Assembly (NCBI RefSeq): GCF_001194135.2
Contig: NC_068981.1
Location: 46,352,414-46,411,174 of the forward strand
From: Octopus bimaculoides
Taxonomy: Eukaryota
Direction of reading: 5' to 3'
DNA length: 58,761 nt
In this document: one piece after another, positions 26,491 to 38,166 of the stretch
Numbering within the stretch: the first letter of the stretch is position 1
How the letters are laid out: the number at the start of each line of letters is the position of its first letter
Notes under the pieces: model-generated
What the model was told of the DNA's origin: nothing
Seen by the model: only the letters and a program-made list of their open reading frames with translations
Database searches by the model: none
Made by a program: the position numbers and the translations under genes

Positions 26491-28119
26491 AAAAAAAAAA
26501 CAAACCAGTAATTTTCTTTCCTTGAAAGAAATATTTTTTTTCAGTATGGGATCCTATATACAAATACCTGCAATATATTTTATGCGGGCAATATATTTCA
26601 AAGCACATTATTCCTCATATTTTTATTTTTATATCAAGTATTATGTGTTCTCAGTGAACGGTGGTAGCAAAAAAAAAAAAAAAANNNNNNNNNNNNNNNN
26701 NNNNNNNNCCCCCCCCCCCAAATATAGCGATTCCACTATCTAACGGGGTTTCCTACATGCCTTGGTCATTTTTGTTATGTTATTTATACAGACTATGTCG
26801 ATGAAAATAGAGTCTATTCATAAGCTATATCCATGTTCGATCGTATATTCGGTGGTGGAAGTTAACAGTCTCTCCCCTGTCACTGTTCCGATCACACATT
26901 ACATACGTAACTTTTGTCGTCTCAGCGATGCACGAACGAGGAAAAACGTTTCCTCTTGAAAACCATCTGTTTTGTGTAAAAGTATATGAAACATTTATAT
27001 TGATAATGATATAATAGATCCATGCGAAACCTTCTGCAAAAGCATCAACTCTAACAAGAGAATCACTGCACCAGGTAATCGGCAGCGATAATAAATTAAG
27101 ATTTTAGATCTATGTTATTTGTACTTTATGTCATTGAATTGAGTGCTCTTAGGAAATTATTCGAACACATCTTCATAATTAGTTTAGAGAGTAACAACTA
27201 AAATATCATCATGAAATTCATTTAAGTAGCTTAGCGTATTGCTCATCTTGTAACACTATAAGTATGAGCGGATATATAAGCCATTATTTTATTTCATTTA
27301 GACATGTAAAATAAGTAAAATCATTTCCATAAAATGCTTGTATTAATTTATGCACCCTTCAAATGGCGATAAAACAATGATGAACCAGACTTTAACTGAC
27401 AGTAGTTACTGGATTCTACTATTTTCCTGTGCTTCTTGTTCATGTCATAAGGATAAATTTCTTCAAGATGAATTGCAGATTTTTATCAACATCAAAATTG
27501 TCAGAGGCTTAGGAAACAGGTTACCTTCTTTGGTGTCTTCTAGAATATATCTATTACCAAGTGAAAACTCCGATATGTAAGAGCAAAACATAGCGTGCGA
27601 TTTCAGATAAATTTGTTTGAAGTGTCGAGAAGAGAGAGCGACTATGTGAAAGTTAATTTGCTAGCTCATCGGAATTACTTTTCTTAAAGTATCATCCGCT
27701 GATACATGCCGAAGAATCATTAATGTGAGAAACTTCCTTGCAGAATTTCAACATCCTGTAATTGAACATATGCTGTCCGGATAAAAGGTATTTTTGAGTG
27801 TTAAAATTTCACAAACTAAATCTGTTTACCACACCGGAGGCACGATTATGACATTTATCACGTGGAATAATAAGCAATAAAAACTGTAAATATTGATTTT
27901 CTACAACATAGCATTCGATTTAAAACATTATGATATAGAGTAGTTTTAAATTTATGGAAAAATACATATTAAAGTAAAATTTACTGTAATAAAAATTAAT
28001 GGGAAGATTACACTTCGATTCATTACTTTTCGAGATATTTATACACTGATCATGTGACTTCATTTCTTCATATGTATATAGGTGTGTGAGAGTATATATA
28101 TATATATNNNNNNNNNNNN

Positions 28120-28990
28120 CTTGACTCTAAAATCATACAAAGAATACAAAAGCTGGCTGGCTCTTTACAAATAATTTATCTTACCATCCCTGTTGTATTC
28201 TTGTGAAACATGGACTTGTTATGAAGGGCAATTTATATTGTTAGAGCAATTCCAACAAAAATGCCTCCATTGCATTTTAAATATTAAATGGAATTATTTT
28301 ACTCCAAACGCAGGTGCCCTTCCATCTGCATGCATCACCTCAATTAAAGCTATGATTTTGCGGAACCAAATGTGATGGTGTGTCCATTTTGTTCGAATGG
28401 CAGATGAACGCATGCCGAAACAGTTGTTTTATGGTGAGCTTGCAGAGGGGAAACGATACCGGCATACACCCAAAATAAGGTTTAATGACGGGATAAAGAT
28501 TATGAAGTAACTTGGAATGGATCCAGAAGACATAGAAACTTTTACTTTGGATCGAGTTGGATGGCGAACAAAGTGTGGTGTGGACGGAATGCATATGACG
28601 AGCCCAGGATAAAGCATGTAAGATTCAAAAGAGTTCTAATGAAGAAAGTTACGATCGATAAGTGGAATGTGTGCATAGACTGTGACAGTTATGCCTTTCT
28701 TTTGCTGGGCTCGGATCTCATTTGCGAACCCATAGAAAACGAACAACCACCAACTATTCTACCTGCATGTATGCGCACATCCTTGAATGCAGTGTATGCT
28801 AGATGGTTTTCAAATCTAACGTAGACTTCAAAAGTCATTTTAAGATCCACAAAGATCCGAATTAATCTGCAGCTCTTCATGGTCCAAATCGGATGTGCAA
28901 TCTATGTGGGGGTCTTTTCAGAATATTGTCTGGTTTCAAAAGCCAGAGTAAATGTTATGATGGTTCTGAGGTGTAGGTACAGGAGGTAAT
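28120..28990 (+). mobile_element. RTE-clade (BovB-like) LINE 3' fragment ending in three C2H2 zinc fingers
   Basis: LDSKIIQRIQK..LPSLLYSCETWT...EQFQQKCLHCILNIKW...*WCVHFVRMADERMPKQLFYGELAEGKR...KIRFND...DRVGWR (RTE post-RT thumb and C-terminus), followed by fingers at 28672-28733, 28788-28850 and 28896-28958. Confidence 0.88.
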
Positions 28991-29139
28991 CAAACTCTGC
29001 ATAAGGGGTAAACAACCACCATATATATATATAATCGATGCTCTTGTGATGGTTCATTTCGCTTGGACCATGATCGTTTTCGATTGATGTTATTGTAGAC
29101 AATCCATCTTTCATCACCAGTGATTTCATTGCGTTTGCG

Positions 29140-29810
29140 ATATATATTAGGACGGAATTACGTAGTAAATATAGATATGTTAATAATGACGTATTAAAAC
29201 GTATTAAAATTACAGGGCTACAAATAGTCAGTGATCTAGCCATAGATGATAGAACCGAACCCTAAGCCCCCCGAAAACTCCGGATGTTGCTTAAGGACCA
29301 TAAACCTAACTTTCTTATCGACCCTTCAGTTAGATTGATTTGTCCTTCTAAATCCGATATAAGCATTATTAGTAAAAATATCTTTGACAGACTAATACCC
29401 GTCCTTAAGGCTAAAATTAGATTAGCCCTCTGGTCTGATGCCCGAGAGGTGGTTGGATTGTTCAAGCTTCTAGAAATTCGTAAGACCAGTAAATTCTTGC
29501 AACTCGATATAGAGAGCTACTATGCCGCCATCAACCGATCGTTCTCTATCAAGCCTTGACTTTTAGCATGAAAAAATTCCGATTTGTCCCGACGCGAAAC
29601 AAATATACTTGCCGTGCGAGCCACTGTTGTAGATTTTGATGGTACATTATCGAGTAGATTAGATAGGGAAAATGCATTTGATATACCAATGGGCTCACAT
29701 ATTTCTGCTCAGGCCAGCGAACGAATCGGAGTATATATTCTTTCATTAATCTAGTCTTCCTCTCCGGAAGTAACAGGAGATATGTCGAAACAATTCTCGT
29801 GATTAATAAT
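29140..29810 (+). mobile_element. Penelope-like element reverse-transcriptase fragment (decayed)
   Basis: DLAIDDRTEP...LKDHKPNFLIDPSVRLICPSKSDISIISKNIFDRL...LWS...FLQLDIESYYAAI...AFDIPMGSHISAQASERIGVYIL, matching PLE RT motifs LKDHKxNF..RLINPxKS, FDIxxFYPSI and FDVxMGSxDGAExCELVG. Confidence 0.85.
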
Positions 29811-29932
29811 AAAATTCTCGTATATTCCATCTTCTGTCTTTCATCTGTTATATATATATATATATATATANNNNNNNNNNNNNNNNNNNNNNNNNNNNNN
29901 NNNNNNNNNNNNNNNNNNNNNNNNNNNNNNNN

Positions 29933-29980
<48 letters not shown>

Positions 29981-29982
29981 GC

Positions 29983-30021
<39 letters not shown>

Positions 30022-32149
30022 CTTTACGAAATAAGCAATAAATTGATTGGTCGTATGTAGTTAAAATGAAAGATTTTATTCTTTTCGGGATTAATCATAT
30101 GCAAGGTGAAGATTACAGACGTTTATCATGCCATAGAAAATCTAGCCAAATTTAATTAAGGTTTCCTTAGCATCCTGTGACGCCATGAGAACAATACTAT
30201 TATATTTGTGTACGTTAAACATAAAAAAAAACAACACTATACTGGTCATTATCTTAGTCTGAGTTATGCAGGATATACAGTTTTTAGCCAACCCCCAAAT
30301 TTAACATGCAGAAACAAATCATATAATCTGCATCAGTGAAATCGATAGGCATTACATTCATATGAAAGTTGAATCAGTATATGGACATCAGTTTGTTACG
30401 TATCGGAGTCATAACATTTCGTAGTAGGAGGTCGTATAAAATGGAATGAAATTATACACTTATTTCTATAATGCCATGATGAAAATATAATGTATAATTA
30501 AAGGATACTTGATTTAGACAATTATATTAGTAGGGAATCAATATTTGCCTGTGTGCTATAAATTCTTCCTTTTAAGAGGTAAAAATGAAACAATGATAAT
30601 TAATTCTCTAAATATAATGTTTAGAAATTTAGAACCTGAAACAGAACATTTTTTGATATTGCGAAAGCATGAATAAAGTTAGTAAAGCAAAGTAAAAAAA
30701 AAAATTAAATTATGCCTAAGAAAATAAAAGCACATTTCATCTGTATTTCTGACCTTAGATGTATATTACAAATGCATGAATAGCACATAAAACAGAAATA
30801 TGTATACGAAAGGGAAGAAATAATAAATGCTATGTGAAAAAAATTATAAAAGTACGAGCGTTTTTAGATATTACTGCAATGGAAAAAAACAAACAAAACC
30901 TAGAACAAAACTTTTCGTCTAAAACCCAAAGAAATTGAACAGGAGAAAAACGATCATAATATATGTAAAAAATAATAAATGAATCCTGTATCTTGCTGTT
31001 ATGTGTCTTTTCTTTATTACAAAATGACATGGGTTGCATGAAAACTTTAAGGTATAAAGCCTGAAGCAAGTGCATATAGCTACATACTTCCGTGAATATT
31101 ATCATTGCTCACCCAGTAATGCTATAATTCTATGCAGAGCTAAAAGAGGACATAAAATGATATACATAAATATTCTTCAGCGAATTTTCGAACGACAAAT
31201 AAAATGCTTCATATTTAGTTTCTTTCGCTGGTAAATTTGTTTCTTATAATTATTTTTCTTTGGTTTTGTTTGTTCGCCGCATTATCGATGCTGCAATTAA
31301 GCTATAGGTCATTTTCTTCTCTATTATATAAGAAATATATCATATACATTTCTTATGAAACAAACTATTTATATGCAATTTTCTTCCTTCTTCGTGTCAG
31401 AGAAACATTTTTGAAAAACGACTAAAATAACATAAAAAATGATCCATGTAGGATCGAGGAAAAAAAATTGCTTAACGTCAGGACTACCGATTTTCGAATA
31501 TAAAATGACAGATATTGTTATAGGCGTGCTGATATACGTCGGTATTAAACGCAAGCACATTTGACCATTCATGTGTAAGAGCTTCTCTGAATACACTCTA
31601 AAGCACACATAGACTCACACAAAGAGACAATTTTACACACGTAAGCACCCATTTCCCCAAAACACGAATGCGCGTATGTATAAGGGTGTCTCTCTATTCA
31701 TGTACTTGTATTTATATAAAATTTATATATTTACATACAAAAATATAAGAATGTATAGTTTTATAGTAATGCAACTATAAACATATGTGCTGACATATAT
31801 ATANNNNNNNNNNNNNNNNNNNNNNNNNNNNNNNNNNNNNNNNNNNNNNNNNNNNNNNNNNNNNNNNNNNNNNNNNNNNNNNNNNNNNNNNNNNNNNNNN
31901 NNNNNNNNNNNNNNNNNNNNNNNNNNNNNNNNNNNNNNNNNNNNNNNNNNNNNNNNNNNNNNNNNNNNNNNNNNNNNNNNNNNNNNNNNNNNNNNNNNNN
32001 NNNNNNNNNNNNNNNNNNNNNNNNNNNNNNNNNNNNNNNNNNNNNNNNNNNNNNNNNNNNNNNNNNNNNNNNNNNNNNNNNNNNNNNNNNNNNNNNNNNN
32101 NNNNNNNNNNNNNNNNNNNNNNNNNNNNNNNNNNNNNNNNNNNNNNNNN

Positions 32150-32180
<31 letters not shown>

Positions 32181-33605
32181 TACACACATATACATATTCA
32201 TATATGCATGTACATACATATGTGCGAATATGTTATCCTTTATCACTACACGTATAAACTACACGTATAAACCAAATGATATATACACTCGTGTTATATT
32301 TTCACATTAATGCTGTGAATGAAGAACATGGTAAACAAATAATAAAAAAAAAACACACGCGCGGCAACTTAATTACGTTATGCACTGTTTTGAGCAATCT
32401 TCAGTCTCTGGTATGCAATAGCATATCTTTGTGAGTAAACTTTATGTCACACGTATTTATGGTTAACCAATGGCATATACACTAATCTATCCAGCTGGAA
32501 TTTCGTGAAGATTGTGGCATTTTGTATTGACTTCTTTGTCGCAGTATAAAAAATACAGAAATGCAATTATTACATGATTATTAACCCACAACTGTATGCA
32601 TAAAACATAAATACAATATCCGCAAATATCGATGTATATTTGTATGTGAAGAACTTTTATAAAAAATATTTTAAAAGATTACACACACAGAGATACATTC
32701 TCAAAATTATATATATACACACACACAAACACGTAAGATTAGAGGTATGTATTCGTGGAGATATGTACATCTGAAAATATGCACGTGTGTGGATATAGCT
32801 GTGTTTGTGTGTCTACAAGGTGATATATTCGTTTTCCATTTTGCTTGTCGTCTATGTATCGACTTACACATTTAAATATATTAGCAAAGCGTAAAATGTA
32901 AATATTTTAGTGTAAAATGAATCCAAACTGACGAAGGAATTAGTGATAACATAGAAATGAGAAAATCATGAGGAAATAAACAATTTTTGACATGGTGCTT
33001 TAATACGCATACTAGATATACAAATGCCATATTTTTGCTATCTTTCAATGTATAAGCCGCTATTCCTATTGTGTTATACATATGATTGCAGATTGAAGAA
33101 CATGAGTTGGCTATTCAGAGAAGCATAAAGTCCGTCAACTTTACTTAAACATTTATTAATAAAAAGGTGTCAAAATTTTCGCCGTTCGAAATTTGCGACC
33201 TCACAAAGCCAAATATTTGTATTTTAAACGCAATTATACGTTAGTTTCAAGAACTTACGTATGTACCTGGAGTGGCTGAGACGATAGTCTCGAGCAAAAT
33301 ACATTAGGTATTCTTTATGTTTGCGTTTCAAATTGTTCAAATCAACAGTTTATTATTCCATCGTGAACCGAATAAAACCATTATTTTTTCAGAGTCGTTA
33401 ATGTGTCAGATAAGGTACGTATCGTTATTTTTCTCCGAAATTTATTTTCAGTTCAAATTACGTTGGCGGTGTCTCTTTAGTTTCAAACTTGCAAGACCGA
33501 TAATAGAAGTGCCGATGAAGTATAGGTGATGATATACTCAATTGTTAATCTACCACCAAATTTCGGATCGTCTGCCAAGAAAATATAATTATTATTAGAC
33601 GAAAG

Positions 33606-33812
33606 ATGAACTAATAGAATCGTTAGCACGCCTGAGGATTTTTTCGACTCTTCGTCTGTCATTAATTTCTGAGTTCAAATTATGCTGAGATATACTTTGA
33701 ATTGCATTATTTCGGGGTCGATAATACGTACCAGTTTATCATTGGGGTCGATCTAATCGACTTACCCCTTTCCCCCAAATTTCTGGCCTTGTACTAACAT
33801 GTGAAACTATTA
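33606..33812 (+). mobile_element. tRNA-derived SINE family B
   Basis: agaatcgttagcacg...ttctgagttcaaatt...tttcggggtcgataa...taccagt...ggggtcgat.taatcgactta; shared with 47076, 52435 and 57876. Confidence 0.85.
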
Positions 33813-34027
33813 GATGAAAGATATTATCGCTATGAGTGGATCACCTTTCTCTCAGATACATAGTGTCATGGACTAGGTTATACAGTGTCTACCACTTTTC
33901 GAGGACGTAGTCAGTAGACTGAGTTCAATTTGGGTAAAACCACTTCCGGTCGAGGAATATGCAATGACGAAATTGAATTTAAGAGACAGAAACTGTTTAC
34001 GGGTCCGTCATATATGAAAATACTCAG

Positions 34028-34359
34028 ACCCCTTTCGGTCATGAATGACAATGGGATTGCACCTAGAAAATTCCCCTCCGGGGCATAAGTCCAGGTACAG
34101 TTTTATATGGAAACCAGTAGTCGCCCACGTACACCAGTCTCCACTTTCAACGTCACCGATGAGATCCAAGAGAAATGCAAATGCCGATATAGCTCGATGC
34201 TAGTGACGTCGAAACTCATTTCTACAGCTGAATGAACTGGATCAGCGCAAAATAAAGTGTTTTGCTTAAGACAAGGTCACAACACATAGATTCGGCCGCG
34301 AATCGAACTCACTACATGGTTGTGAGCTCGACATTCTAACCATTGAGCTATGCATCCCC
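34028..34359 (-). mobile_element. tRNA-derived SINE family D with an RTE-like 3' tail
   Basis: Minus strand begins ggggatgcatagctcaatggttaga (A-box) ... gagttcgattc (B-box) ... ccagttcattcagctgtagaaatgagt, and ends ctaggtgcaatcccattgtcattcatgaccgaa. Confidence 0.8.
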
Positions 34360-34398
34360 ATTACAAAATAGCTAGATTGATATTGATATCTATACTCA

Positions 34399-34433
<35 letters not shown>

Positions 34434-34644
34434 NNNNNNNNNNNNNNNNNNNNNNNNNNNNNNNNNNNNNNNNNNNNNNNNNNNNNNNNNNNNNNNNNNN
34501 NNNNNNNNNNNNNNNNNNNNNNNNNNNNNNNNNNNNNNNNNNNNNNNNNNNNNNNNNNNNNNNNNNNNNNNNNNNNNNNNNNNNNNNNNNNNNNNNNNNN
34601 NNNNNNNNNNNNNNNNNNNNNNTATATATATATATATATATATG

Positions 34645-35120
34645 ACCCAAATTGCATTATTAGATCGTCTTCTCTTCATCGTGGAAGCTTTCCACGCGAC
34701 ATTTTCCGATTTCTTCGTTACCACTCAGCAACTGCACGGGTCCAGTTATTGTCTGTGAACGTTGTGATATGTCTGACCCAGTGGAACGTGTGTTTTAGGC
34801 ATTCTGCGATAACATCTTTACTTCTGCTCCGTTCACGATTTATCTCACTTCAAATATACTCTTGTAATGCTATTGCTAGCATGAATCTTTTCATTGCCCT
34901 TTGCATCGTTGCCAATATGTTCTAAACTTTTCGTAGTAGACCACGTCTCTCTTGCGTGTGAGAGTGTTGGTAGGACGGTGCAATTGAAAATTCTGGCACA
35001 TATGGGTTTGTCTTGCATTATATTGAGGACATGCTTCATTGAGTTAAATTTGTTTCATCGTTTAATTTTCTGAGGTTTTAGCATCCATATCACGGCGCAT
35101 ATCCACGTAATTGGGATTTG
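34645..35120 (-). mobile_element. RTE-clade LINE 3' fragment
   Basis: ARIFNCTVLPTLSHARETWSTTK...ERSRSKDVIAE...HWVRHITTFTDNNWTRAVAEW*RRNRKMSRGKLPR*RED, matching LFxxTVLPALxYAxETW and RWAGHV.R..D.RWT..V.EW.PR..KR..GRP..RW.D. Confidence 0.82.
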
Positions 35121-35197
35121 ATCTCACTGCGCGACATTTTCGATAACTTCTTTGTATGGTAGGCTCCACTTCAATAATGCGTGTGAGTGAAATTTAG

Positions 35198-35282
35198 CCT
35201 ATATTTCGAGTGTCAATATAAGTATTCACTTCGTTTAATCACCTATATTTCGGGTGCCTATATACGTATTCATTCTGTTAAA
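35198..35282 (+). repeat. 44-bp tandem duplication, 2 diverged copies
   Basis: cctatatttcgagtgtcaatataagtattcac / cctatatttcgggtgcctatatacgtattcat. Confidence 0.75.
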
Positions 35283-35784
35283 GGTGTCCCAATCAAAACT
35301 CTTGACAGAACTTCCTACCGTTTGCTGTATAGGTTGTCCTCACATACTGATTCCTTCTCTGATTGAAGATTTAAACAACACATTACACCCAGTAACGATT
35401 ATTGTACAATTCACTTACAATTCTTAAAATCTTATTCTGGAGACAAAACTTCTGTAAATATATAATGAATTTAAGAACAGCTGAAATTCAATCGAACTGC
35501 ATTTCTATGTGTTAGATTATTGTATGAAATTCATACATTATACGGCATGTATACATAGAGAGTGACACATTTCATAATATTAACTTTCTGTGTTCTTGTA
35601 GATCGGCTGGATCTGTAGAGTAGGTGCCAAAATAGTACCTACCGACGTGTAACTAACATCATATTATTCTGGTTTAAACACAGTTGCAATCAAACAATAT
35701 GGTCGATATAACAGAGTAATATCTCTAACGGCGTTAGGTTTCTACGAAAATACAGAGTATAAGTAAGAATACAGGAAATATGTG

Positions 35785-36082
35785 TTAACCCATTACCTCC
35801 CATAATTCTATTAACTGGAATTTTTTTATGAAAGTTTGATTTCTAGCATAAACCAGCCTTAGAAAAACGCTGGAATGATCAAATTAACATTTCAAAATAA
35901 CATCTTAAATAGAAATAAGCGAGATATTGGTTGAAAAATTAGCAAACCTCACTTGAATATCACAGAAATATACCTAGTAGTTATAGCAAAAATATTAGAT
36001 ATGTGTAAATATTGAGAGATAATTACGAAATTTGTAATTTTTAAGTAATCTCATATGAGATCACTGGTAGGTAATGGGTTAA
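35785..36082. mobile_element. piggyBac-type MITE, 290 bp (35789-36078), with TTAA target-site duplications
   Basis: TTAA|cccattacctccca ... tggtaggtaatggg|TTAA: 14-bp terminal inverted repeats (13/14 match) starting with CCC, TTAA on both sides. Confidence 0.85.
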
Positions 36083-36888
36083 TACACAGCAGCGAATTCA
36101 AAATATTCGCAGAAAAGAAAAAAAAAACAATATTATGAAGTCTCTGGAATAATTTAATTTCAGAAAACAAAATGAATGCTTCTTATATATATGAAACCAC
36201 ATAATTCTAATTTTTTTACAGTGTAAAAAATTCTGACCTATAATTTCGACAAACTATATATTCATTATCAGCTTGACCAACTGAATGCTTCATTAGGCCC
36301 GCAGGGGTAAATATTTATTGACGTGATCGCCGTATTTGAATATTTACAGAAGACAACTAGCTCGAAGCTGCCAAGTATATTTCAAGAATTCCCTCGTCCC
36401 TCAAAAAATACAAATGTGTTAAACGGCAAATATCGGTGAATTCTTTTAGCGTTGCACCCACAGCTAAATGCTCTCGTGAAGTAAGGAAGAAAATATTTGT
36501 CTCAGGAGACACTAGATGTCAATACTAATCAAATAGGCAATATAAGTGAATGGACCCAAAAGACGATTCCATTGAACCCGGTGGTATACGAAACGTCAAT
36601 AAAATAAAACAGTTTCGAAAGTGAATTGTTCACATACAAATGGAAGATCTCTGCTATAAAAGCATATTGCACGAGCATACGGAAAAGTATTATACTTCAT
36701 TTCATTAGTTATAAGACACTTCAAATATGTAAAAATGTGGAGGAAACCATACTGTGTTAATAGAGAATTACATTGCAATACATACACGCCTACATGCAGA
36801 CATACATGTATTTATATATGTTATATATATATAACATATATATATATATATAACAAGTATGTATTGCAATTATATATCTATATTTATA

Positions 36889-36939
<51 letters not shown>

Positions 36940-37942
36940 NNNNNNNNNNNNNNNNNNNNNNNNNNNNNNNNNNNNNNNNNNNNNNNNNNNNNNNNNNNNN
37001 NNNNNNNNNNNNNNNNNNNNNNNNNNNNNNNNNNNNNNNNNNNNNNNNNNNNNNNNNNNNNNNNNNNNNNNNNNNNNNNNNNNNNNNNNNNNNNNNNNNN
37101 NNNNNNNNNNNNNNNNNNNNNNNNNNNNNNNNNNNNNNNNNNNNNNNNNNNNNNNNNNNNNNNNNNNNNNNNNNNNNNNNNNNNNNNNNNNNNNNNNNNN
37201 NNNNNNNNNNNNNNNNNNNNNNNNNNNNNNNNNNNNNNNNNNNNNNNNNNNNNNNNNNNNNNNNNNNNNNNNNNNNNNNNNNNNNNNNNNNNNNNNNNNN
37301 NNNNNNNNNNNNNNNNNNNNNNNNNNNNNNNNNNNNNNNNNNNNNNNNNNNNNNNNNNNNNNNNNNNNNNNNNNNNNNNNNNNNNNNNNNNNNNNNNNNN
37401 NNNNNNNNNNNNNNNNNNNNNNNNNNNNNNNNNNNNNNNNNNNNNNNNNNNNNNNNNNNNNNNNNNNNNNNNNNNNNNNNNNNNNNNNNNNNNNNNNNNN
37501 NNNNNNNNNNNNNNNNNNNNNNNNNNNNNNNNNNNNNNNNNNNNNNNNNNNNNNNNNNNNNNNNNNNNNNNNNNNNNNNNNNNNNNNNNNNNNNNNNNNN
37601 NNNNNNNNNNNNNNNNNNNNNNNNNNNNNNNNNNNNNNNNNNNNNNNNNNNNNNNNNNNNNNNNNNNNNNNNNNNNNNNNNNNNNNNNNNNNNNNNNNNN
37701 NNNNNNNNNNNNNNNNNNNNNNNNNNNNNNNNNNNNNNNNNNNNNNNNNNNNNNNNNNNNNNNNNNNNNNNNNNNNNNNNNNNNNNNNNNNNNNTATATA
37801 TATATATATATATATATCACTATAAATTTATATTGATACAGTTTTTCATGTAGTTTCCAAGCATGCACTTTATTGTGCGTATATGTGTAAATGTGTGCGT
37901 GCCTCTGCGTGTTTATCCATAAATCTCATTATATGCCTCCGG

Positions 37943-38166
37943 CGTGTCTGTGGAGTGTTGGGCCAGAGACACACCTAACCTTAACGTAGTTTTCATGGAG
38001 ATTCAGTGTCACACAGAATGTTATAAGGCTGGTCATTTGAAACAAATGGTGTACTCATTTTTTGCCTGCAGAGTCGCCTGGAGAAACGAGAAATTAAGTG
38101 CCCTTTTTCAAGGACACAACTCAGAACCTTACGACCGTGAGCCAAATACCCTAACCACTAAGCCAC
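37943..38166 (-). mobile_element. tRNA-derived SINE family C
   Basis: Minus strand starts tgtggcttagtggttagggtatttggctcacggtcgtaagg (A-box region); body ttgtgtccttgaaaaag...aaaaatgagtac...ccagccttataacattctgtgtgacactgaatctcc. Confidence 0.85.
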
